A DNA stretch of 36,195 nucleotides from an uncultured Dehalococcoidia bacterium (GTDB lineage: Bacteria > Chloroflexota > Dehalococcoidia > Lucifugimonadales > UBA3495), in contig CAYOAF010000099.1 in assembly GCA_964401855.1 (NCBI GenBank), positions 1 through 36,195 of the forward strand, read 5' to 3'. The notes under the pieces are model-generated. The model ran no database searches. It saw only the letters and a program-made list of their open reading frames with translations, and was not told the DNA's origin. Every line of letters starts with the position of its first letter. The stretch's first letter is position 1. The translations under genes were made by a program, and so were the position numbers. Positions 27,024 through 33,761 of this stretch are shown in pieces.

Positions 27024-27101
27024 ATGTCATTCTGAGGAGCGAAGCTACGTAGAACCTCACCGTGACAACGAGATTCTACGCTTTGTTCGGAATCTATCAT
27101 G
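27024..27101. repeat. Long imperfect palindromic element of the ATGTCATTCTGAG family
   Basis: The left arm is ATGTCATTCTGAGGAGCGAAGCTACGTAGAACCTC, the centre is ACCGTGACAAC, and the right arm is GAGATTCTACGCTTTGTTCGGAATCTATCATG. The first 13 nt are identical to 19915-19927. A CCCCGAT-tgc-ATCGGGG hairpin follows at 27102-27118. Confidence 0.5.
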
Positions 27102-27240
27102 CCCCGATTGCATCGGGGCGCCACGGCCCACGAGAATAGGGCGGCATGTTTCATCAGGGTCCGTGCGGAAGAGAGAGGAAGGGAGCCCCGGGGGGTATTG
27201 TCGGAGCAATGGCATGAGTTAGCAGCAAGTTGACTGAGTG

Positions 27241-28017
27241 CTAGCGCCCCTTCCACTGGGGCTTGCGCTTCTCGGCGAACGCCTTGGGCCCTTCCTTTGA
27301 GTCCTCCGTCTTCAGAAGATCGTCGTACATATGATACGTAAGGGCCGCGATGTCGTGGGTGGACATGTTGAGGCCCCGATAGGCCAGCTCCTTGAAGTAC
27401 TGCACCGCCAGAGGGGCGTTGCCGGCAATCTGCTGGGCAAAGGCCAGGGCCTCCGGCATCAGCTGGTCCGCAGGCACCACCTTGTTGACGAAACCCATGT
27501 CGTAGGCCCGCTGGGCCGTGATAGGCTGGGCCGTCAACACCAACTCCATAACCGCCGACAGGGGCATCATCTTGGACAGATAGGTGCCGAACGGGGCCAG
27601 GAGGCTCCACTTGGCCTCGCTGATGCCCATCTGGGCGTCCTCCGACGCGACGCGAAGATCACACATCTGGGCTATGGACCAGCCGCCGGCCAGGGCGTAG
27701 CCGTTGATGGCGGCGATGAGGGGCTTCCATGTCTGGGGCCACATGGAGCCGCCGTTCGGTGACATGCTGTCCGAGGCCCGCGCCTGGACCCCCTGGGCGT
27801 TGTCGGTCGCCCGCTCCTTCAGGTCCCGGCCCGCGCAGAAGGCCCGCCCAGCGCCGGTAACCACGGCCACGAAGGAGTCGGGGTCTCCGTCGAACCGGAC
27901 AATCGCGTCAGAAAAGTCCTCCCGGAACTGCCGGTTGATGGAGTTCAAGGCGGCGGGCCGGTTCATTGTGATGATGACTATGTGGTCCCGCTTCTCGTAA
28001 AGCACTGTATCGCCCAT
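27241..28017 (-). CDS. Enoyl-CoA hydratase/isomerase (crotonase) family protein
   Basis: IVIITMNRPAALNSI...VVTGAGRAFCAGRDLKE...AAINGYALAGG is the typical crotonase fold signature. Confidence 0.88.
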   Translation of the reverse strand: MGDTVLYEKRDHIVIITMNRPAALNSINRQFREDFSDAIVRFDGDPDSFVAVVTGAGRAFCAGRDLKERATDNAQGVQARASDSMSPNGGSMWPQTWKPLIAAINGYALAGGWSIAQMCDLRVASEDAQMGISEAKWSLLAPFGTYLSKMMPLSAVMELVLTAQPITAQRAYDMGFVNKVVPADQLMPEALAFAQQIAGNAPLAVQYFKELAYRGLNMSTHDIAALTYHMYDDLLKTEDSKEGPKAFAEKRKPQWKGR

Positions 28018-28050
28018 TCTGTTGCGCTCCTACTTCTGGTGAGTTTAGCG

Positions 28051-28086
28051 TTCAGCATTCAGCGGTCAGCTTGACTGCTGACCGCT
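28051..28086 (-). repeat. GCTGAC-type repeat with perfect 8-bp inverted repeat between the HIT gene and the enoyl-CoA hydratase gene (possible operator)
   Basis: CGGTCAGC (28063-28070), a 6-nt spacer, then GCTGACCG (28077-28084). Read on the minus strand, GCTGACCGCTGAATGCTGAA resembles 25780-25799. Confidence 0.45.
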
Positions 28087-28089
28087 TCC

Positions 28090-28500
28090 TCAGGCGTAAG
28101 GACCCAAGTGAATCCCGCCGATGACGTGAAGGTGGCTGTGGCTTTGGCTTTGCATACCGTCGTGGCCGAAGTTGGAAAGGACCCGAAACCCGCTGGGGGC
28201 GAACGTGCAGCCCATCTCCATCGCCACATCCCCCAGCCTGGGCATCAGATCGCTGCACCACATCTCCATCTGCCCCATGTGCTTCTTCGGCATCACCAAC
28301 AGCATCAGGGGCACCCAGGTCAGCTTGTTGACGATGACGATGATATCTTCGTCCAGGTACCGTACCTTGGCGGGCGAGCGCCCCGCGACGATTTCACAGA
28401 ATATACAGTAGGAAGAGCCGCTCAACGGTCGCCGCTCCGCATCGGATAGCTTGACCTCCACATACCTCGAGGGCCGCCTTCGCCAGCTCTCCGGGCTCAT
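28090..28500 (-). CDS. HIT (histidine triad) family nucleotide hydrolase/transferase
   Basis: Histidine triad HSHLHVIGG near the C-terminus, plus CIFCEIVAG near the N-terminus. I place the start at ATG 28500 (MSPESW...) because the upstream part of track ORF 28090..28641 is Gly/Ala/Pro-rich and contains a repeat element. Confidence 0.82.
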   Translation of the reverse strand: MSPESWRRRPSRYVEVKLSDAERRPLSGSSYCIFCEIVAGRSPAKVRYLDEDIIVIVNKLTWVPLMLLVMPKKHMGQMEMWCSDLMPRLGDVAMEMGCTFAPSGFRVLSNFGHDGMQSQSHSHLHVIGGIHLGPYA

Positions 28501-28637
28501 CCCGGTTACCCTCACCACCTTGTGAATATAAGGGCCGGTATACCCCTTGTCAATGCCGGAACCGGCTCCCGGCCCCGCTGGGTGAGGCGCACACCCGGAG
28601 GCAAGCCCGCCCGCCCGCCCGCCCTCCTCCCGGATAG

Positions 28638-28700
28638 CCACAGAGCCACCGAGAGCACAAAGGACAATTCAGGCCGCCCTGCGTCTCTGTGCCTCTGTGG
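28638..28700. repeat. Imperfect inverted repeat in the divergent HIT/mog intergenic region
   Basis: CCACAGAGCCACCGAGAG (28638-28655) pairs with CTCTGTGCCTCTGTGG (28685-28700) as 8 + 3 + 4 bp, with one mismatch and a 2-nt bulge. Confidence 0.4.
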
Positions 28701-28790
28701 CAAAACCTTGGGGGGCTTCCTCACAGGCCACTGTTCAGCGTAGGTTACCGAAGGCGGGGCTGCATGGTATCATGGCTTTCGGAGGCAACG

Positions 28791-29282
28791 ATGTTCGGAT
28801 TAGCCGTTTTGACCGTCAGCACCTCCGGCCACCAGGGTCTGCGCGAGGACACCAGCGGGCAGGCCATCCAGGAAATGCTGGAACCCCAGGGCTTCCAGGT
28901 GGTCCGCTACGAGGTTGTGCCTGATGACGGGGACTTCATCGCCCAGAAGCTGTCCCGGTGGGCCGATGCCCCCGACGTGGACTTGATCATCACCACCGGG
29001 GGCACCGGCCTGGGCCTCCGGGACGTTACACCCGAGGCCTGCCTTTCGATCCTCGACAAGGAAGTCCCTGGGCTGGCCGAGGCGATGCGGGCCAACACCC
29101 TCCAGTTCACCCCCATGGCCATGCTCAGCCGCTCCGTGGCCGGAATCCGGGGTAACACGCTGATCATTACCTTGCCGGGCAACCTCAGGGCTGTCCGCCA
29201 ATGCTTGGACGTGGTCAACCCCGTCCTCCCCCATGCCCTAGAGTTGCTCCGGAAAGAGACCGTTGACGAGCACCCGACCTGA
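28791..29282 (+). CDS. mog: Molybdopterin adenylyltransferase / molybdenum cofactor biosynthesis protein (MogA/MoaB family)
   Basis: ATG 28791, 5 nt after GGAGG; the track ORF starts earlier, at 28689. VLTVSTSG...DLIITTGGTGLGLRDVTPEA...AGIRGNTLIITLPG are MogA/MoaB signatures. Confidence 0.87.
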   Translation: MFGLAVLTVSTSGHQGLREDTSGQAIQEMLEPQGFQVVRYEVVPDDGDFIAQKLSRWADAPDVDLIITTGGTGLGLRDVTPEACLSILDKEVPGLAEAMRANTLQFTPMAMLSRSVAGIRGNTLIITLPGNLRAVRQCLDVVNPVLPHALELLRKETVDEHPT

Positions 29283-29516
29283 GAATACACCGGGCCGAGA
29301 ATCAGATACTAAATCAGTCGTCTGGGCGGTGTTTTCTGACGCACCCTCCGGCGGATTGGCGCACCGGACACTGGGGCCGCCTCCGTAGGAACCGGGGTTC
29401 CCGAGGAATCGCCGTGATGAAGCCCTGATTACGCCATAATAAGACCGAAACCGGCAACTCTTTCGGCGAGAGTCCGGTTTATTACCCGGCCTCTTGCATG
29501 TGCCGTTCAGATACCC

Positions 29517-29546
29517 TTGACACCGTCGTTTGGGCTTTGCTAGGAT
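29517..29546 (+). promoter_or_regulatory. Putative promoter of the hopanoid gene cluster
   Basis: Consensus TTGACA (29517-29522), an 18-nt spacer, then TAGGAT (29541-29546), ~110 nt upstream of the polyprenyl synthase start. Confidence 0.4.
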
Positions 29547-29654
29547 TCCAGGCATCGGCACACCAGGTATTTCGAGAGGCGGGGCTCCAGGTTTCATCCC
29601 TACGGATTCCGTTGTCCAACACGGTTGTTCAACATGGAAGTTAAAGGTCGCAGC

Positions 29655-30725
29655 ATGACCCAACATTCGAGCGCTAAAGCGAAGACCAGGCCGGAACTTC
29701 CGGCGATGTTTGCCCGTTACAAAGACCTGGTGGAACAAGAGCTGCAGAGGTCGGTGCCGGCTTCTGATAATGCCAAAGTTCACGTCTTGCTCCGGTATCA
29801 TCTGGGATGGGTGGACCGGCATGGGAAGCCGGCCGAGTCCCCCGCTTCCCAGGGCAAGGCATTGCGCCCTACCCTCTGCCTCTTCGCTTGTGAAGCCCTC
29901 TCGCAAGACACGGCCCGGGCCCAGCCGGGAGCCGCTGCCCTGGAGATCATCCACAATTTCTCCCTGGTCCACGACGACATCCAGGACCAGGACCTGGAAC
30001 GGCGCCACCAGCCGACCGTCTGGAGCTTGTGGGGGATACCCATGGCGCTGGTGGCGGGCAACGCCATGCAGTCCGTTGGGGACCTGGCCCTGCTCGAGGC
30101 CGCCTGGCGGAACGTGCCGCCGGAGACGGTCTTGAAGGTCTCGGAGATACTGACATCCAGCTACCTTGAGATGATCGAAGGCCAATGCCAGGACATGGAC
30201 TTCGAGTCCAGATCGGACATTACCACCGAAGAATATCTCAGGATGATCGCGCTTAAGACCGGGGCCTTGATTCGCAGCGGCCTCGAGATGGGGGCCCTGC
30301 TAGGCGGCGGTGATTCCACGGCGGTTGAGGCTTTCCGCCAGTTTGGGAGCTACCTGGGCCGGGCGTTTCAAATCCGGGACGACTTCCTGGGCATCTGGGG
30401 AGATGAGGCCACTATCGGGAAGGCCGGAGGCAACGACATCCGCCGCCGGAAAAAGTCTTTCCCGGTGGTCTGCGCCTTCAGCCAAGCCCGCGGCCCGGCG
30501 CGCGATGACCTCATGCGGGTCTACCAACAGAAGGAGCTGGACGAAGCAGACGTTCTCCGAGTGCTGGCTGTGCTGGAGGAGGTCGGCGCCCAAGAGCAGT
30601 CCCAGCGGTTGACCGAGGCCAGTGCCGCCGCAGCCTTTCAGGCCCTGGACCCGGTCCCTCTGCCGCCCTGGGCCAGGACCGAGGCAGAGGAGCTGGTTGA
30701 CTACCTGGCCTGGAGACAGTATTGA
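29655..30725 (+). CDS. Polyprenyl diphosphate synthase (trans-isoprenyl diphosphate synthase family; FPP/GGPP synthase-like, hopanoid-cluster associated)
   Basis: First Asp-rich motif LVHDDIQDQD and second motif FQIRDDFLGIWGD. Start uncertain: TTG 29625, ATG 29634 or ATG 29655. The last has an AAAGG 7 nt upstream. Confidence 0.87.
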   Translation: MTQHSSAKAKTRPELPAMFARYKDLVEQELQRSVPASDNAKVHVLLRYHLGWVDRHGKPAESPASQGKALRPTLCLFACEALSQDTARAQPGAAALEIIHNFSLVHDDIQDQDLERRHQPTVWSLWGIPMALVAGNAMQSVGDLALLEAAWRNVPPETVLKVSEILTSSYLEMIEGQCQDMDFESRSDITTEEYLRMIALKTGALIRSGLEMGALLGGGDSTAVEAFRQFGSYLGRAFQIRDDFLGIWGDEATIGKAGGNDIRRRKKSFPVVCAFSQARGPARDDLMRVYQQKELDEADVLRVLAVLEEVGAQEQSQRLTEASAAAAFQALDPVPLPPWARTEAEELVDYLAWRQY

Positions 30726-30744
30726 CCCTTGAGGTTTGGGCCAA

Positions 30745-31785
30745 ATGATTCGCGCCAAGCGGCCCGCCGAACTTGCCGTTCGGTTGGGTTTCTACATATT
30801 GAAGAACCGATTGCGGGGCCGGAAGCGGTTTCCGCTGGTGACCATGCTGGAACCCTTGGAGATGTGCAACCTGGCCTGTGGCGGGTGCGGGCGCATCCGG
30901 GAGTACAGACCGGTGATCGAAAGAATGATGCCGGTGGATGTGGCCCTGGAGGCCGTGAAGGAGTCGGGGGCGCCCATCGTCTCCATTGCAGGTGGAGAGC
31001 CCACCATCCATCCCAATATTGATGAGATTATCAACCGGCTGGTGGCGCGAAAACACTTCGTCTACTGCTGCACCAACGGGCTGCTGCTGGAGCGGATGCT
31101 TGATCAGGTGCCTGCTTCCAAGTACCTCTGTTGGGTCGTCCACCTGGACGGGATGGAGCGGAAGCATGACGAGTCGGTGGCCCGAGCCGGGGTCTTCAAT
31201 ACGGCTGTTCGGGGCATGGAGGCGGCGCTGGACCGGGGATACCGGGTCTGCACCAACACCACCGTGTTCCGCAACAGCGACGCCGAGGACTTGTGGGAGA
31301 TGTTCCGGATGGTGGGCGGCATGGGCGTCGAAGGCTCCATGATTTCTCCGGGGTACGAGTTCCCGGACGCGTCGGTCCGGTACCTATTCCTGACCCGGAG
31401 GGAATCCCAGACCACATTTAGGAAGCTGTTGGACCCAGCTCGTACCGGGGGCATGCGTTTCTACAACAACCCGCTGTATTTGAACTTTCTGCGCGGGGAA
31501 AGGGACTACCAGTGCGCCGCCTGGTCCAGTCCGACCTATACCACAATGGGGTGGCGCAAACCCTGCTATCCACTGGCCGACGAGCACACCCAACAGGTCA
31601 ACGAGCTGTACGAGGGCCCACTGTGGGACCGCTACGGGGTGGGCAAAGACCCTCGATGCGCCAACTGCATGATGCATTGCGGATTCGAATCGGCTACCAT
31701 CTTCCAGGCCGTCACTACTCCCAGGGATTGGGCAACGCTGATCACATCTGGTGCCGCCGGCGAGACCGGCGTCACCGCGGCGTGA
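30745..31785 (+). CDS. hpnH: Adenosylhopane synthase (hopanoid-associated radical SAM protein)
   Basis: RFPLVTMLEPLEMCNLACGGCGRIREY (CxxxCxxC radical SAM cluster), a C-terminal Cys-rich DPRCANCMMHCGFE, and hopanoid gene context. ATG 30745 lies 10 nt after GAGG. Confidence 0.88.
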   Translation: MIRAKRPAELAVRLGFYILKNRLRGRKRFPLVTMLEPLEMCNLACGGCGRIREYRPVIERMMPVDVALEAVKESGAPIVSIAGGEPTIHPNIDEIINRLVARKHFVYCCTNGLLLERMLDQVPASKYLCWVVHLDGMERKHDESVARAGVFNTAVRGMEAALDRGYRVCTNTTVFRNSDAEDLWEMFRMVGGMGVEGSMISPGYEFPDASVRYLFLTRRESQTTFRKLLDPARTGGMRFYNNPLYLNFLRGERDYQCAAWSSPTYTTMGWRKPCYPLADEHTQQVNELYEGPLWDRYGVGKDPRCANCMMHCGFESATIFQAVTTPRDWATLITSGAAGETGVTAA

Positions 31786-31800
31786 CCTGCAGGAGGTCCG

Positions 31801-32634
31801 GTGCTAACTATCGTCGCCGCCATGGAGCAGGAGTTGGCCCGCCTCCGAGAGGTACTGGGGGGACGAACCGGTGCGGTGGGGCGCGAGGTGCTTGCGACGG
31901 CGGACCTCCACGTCATCGGCGTCGGAAGGTCCGCGGCGGGGACCGCGGTATGTTCGCTGATCGAGCGCCAGGGGATGGTCGGCGATGGTTCCCCCTCCCC
32001 GGAAGGGTTGTTGCTCTTGGGGTTCGCCGGCGGGGTTGCCCCGGCTCTCGAGGCTGGAACCCTGGTCCTGTCCTCCCGTTACTACCGGCAAGAACCGGCC
32101 TGTTCCCCCAATTCTACAGAGGAAAGGGCCGGGGATTACCTGGCTCCCGACCCGGAAATGTTGAGGCAGGGGATCCAAGCCGCCACCGCCGCCGGCCAAA
32201 GGTGGGCCAAGGCAGATTCCTTGACAGTGGACCACCTGGTGGCGACCCTCGAAGCCAAGGAGGCTATTCGCCTCCGGTACCCCGTTGGCATTGTGGAAAT
32301 GGAAGACTACTGGGTCGCGGCGGCGGCGCGGAAAGCGGGAGTGCCTTTCCTTTCGGCCAGGGTGGTCCTGGACGCGGCGGATCACCCCTTGCCCGGTTAC
32401 CTCATGGGCCTGAGCCGCTCCCGGTTCAGGGCCGCCGTAACCGTCGCGGCCATGCCCTGGCGGATTCCCGCCTTGCTGGGGTTGGCCCGCCGGCTCCCGC
32501 TGGCCCAGAAAGCCCTAACCGGCTTCGCTACCGCCTTTCTCGGGCAATTGGCCGGCGCTGAGCCGGCCCGGCCACGATTGGAGCCGCCCTCCTCCGCAAT
32601 CCCAGCCGGCCCCGGCGGGAGCTTGCATGGATGA
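31801..32634 (+). CDS. hpnG: Hopanoid-associated phosphorylase/nucleosidase (PNP/UDP family, adenosylhopane nucleosidase)
   Basis: PNP_UDP-type pattern: GVGRSAAG..., LLGFAGG..P.L..G, VEMEDYWVAAAARKAGVPFLSARVVLD. Sits between hpnH and hpnA. The stop overlaps the hpnA start (ATGA). Confidence 0.78.
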   Translation: MLTIVAAMEQELARLREVLGGRTGAVGREVLATADLHVIGVGRSAAGTAVCSLIERQGMVGDGSPSPEGLLLLGFAGGVAPALEAGTLVLSSRYYRQEPACSPNSTEERAGDYLAPDPEMLRQGIQAATAAGQRWAKADSLTVDHLVATLEAKEAIRLRYPVGIVEMEDYWVAAAARKAGVPFLSARVVLDAADHPLPGYLMGLSRSRFRAAVTVAAMPWRIPALLGLARRLPLAQKALTGFATAFLGQLAGAEPARPRLEPPSSAIPAGPGGSLHG

Positions 32635-33647
32635 GAGTCCTGGTTACAGGGGCCACCGGGTTCATTGGGGGCAATCTGGCGAGGACGCTTCGGCAGCGTG
32701 GCTACGATGTTAGCGCGCTGGTCCGGCCGGGAAGCAACACCTTAACAATCGACGGCGCCGGGGTAGAGCAAATACCTGGGGACATTCTGGACCGGGAATC
32801 GGTGGACCGGGCCCTACGCGGATGCGAGGGGGTGTTTCACTGTGCGGCGGCGTACACCTTTTGGTCGCCGGACCCGGACCTGGTGTACCGGACCAACGTT
32901 GGCGGCACGGCCAACGTCTTGGAAGCGGCCCGACAGGCCGGGGTTTCGAGGGTGGTTTACACCAGTACTGTGTCCACCGTTGGGCTGACTGCCGGTGGGA
33001 TGGGGACCGAAGAGACCCTCATGGACCCCAGCCATCTGGTGGGTAACTACAAGAAGTCTAAATACCGGGCGGAATGCCTGGCGTTGACCATGGCTTCGGA
33101 GGGTTTGCCCGTGGTGGTGGTCAATCCCACCACCCCGGTTGGTCCATGGGACGTCAAGCCGACACCCACCGGGAGGATGGTGCTGGACTTCCTGAGGGGA
33201 CGCATCCCGGTATACTTGGAAACGGGCATGAACCTGGTCGACGTGGAGGACGTGGCTGCCGGGCACATCCTGGCCATGGAAAAAGGAAGGCCGGGACAGC
33301 GATATCTTCTGGGCAATCGAAACCTGACGCTCAAAGCGATATTTGCCATGCTCCAAGAAGCCACCAGCCGCCGGGCGCCCCGGTGGCGCGCTCCTTTCTG
33401 GATGGCCATGGGAGCCGGGTATCTAGACCAGTTGGTGGAAGGTAGACTGCTCGGGCGGGAGCCGCGAATACCCTTGGAAGGGCTGAAGGTGGCGAAAACT
33501 CCAATGTATGTGAATTGCCAGAAAGCGGTCATCGAGCTGGGACAGCCTCAGGGCCCCGTGGAAGCTGCCATCGGGAAGTCAGTGAAGTGGTTCATGGAAT
33601 ACGGGTATACCCGGAACGGAAGGAGGACACGAAAGGCAGGGAGTTAG
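32631..33647 (+). CDS. hpnA: Hopanoid-associated NAD-dependent sugar epimerase/dehydratase family protein
   Basis: N-terminal Rossmann motif MRVLVTGATGFIGGNL. YKKSKYRAE corresponds to the SDR YxxxK catalytic motif. Located immediately upstream of shc. Confidence 0.85.
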   Translation: MRVLVTGATGFIGGNLARTLRQRGYDVSALVRPGSNTLTIDGAGVEQIPGDILDRESVDRALRGCEGVFHCAAAYTFWSPDPDLVYRTNVGGTANVLEAARQAGVSRVVYTSTVSTVGLTAGGMGTEETLMDPSHLVGNYKKSKYRAECLALTMASEGLPVVVVNPTTPVGPWDVKPTPTGRMVLDFLRGRIPVYLETGMNLVDVEDVAAGHILAMEKGRPGQRYLLGNRNLTLKAIFAMLQEATSRRAPRWRAPFWMAMGAGYLDQLVEGRLLGREPRIPLEGLKVAKTPMYVNCQKAVIELGQPQGPVEAAIGKSVKWFMEYGYTRNGRRTRKAGS

Positions 33648-33761
33648 CTTTTGCTTGCCTTGATGCCCTTCCGCCTACCAAGGGGGCTCCCCTTGGCGGG
33701 CGGGCAATCGGCGAGGGCTGAGACCCATGGCATTGGGTTCTGGCGTGAAAAGAAACAGGTA

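Noticed and set aside
7789-28700. The recurring GC-rich hairpin repeats as a CRISPR array
   Set aside because: The copies are tens of kilobases apart, belong to several different families, and are not separated by uniform spacers. No cas genes are present.
29238-30185. 315-aa minus-strand ORF over the mog end, the intergenic region and the polyprenyl synthase
   Set aside because: No recognisable family. It overlaps a polyprenyl synthase with both Asp-rich motifs on the opposite strand.
31512-32561. 349-aa plus-strand ORF spanning the hpnH/hpnG junction
   Set aside because: Extremely Arg/Gly/Pro-rich and out of frame with two well-supported genes, so not coding.
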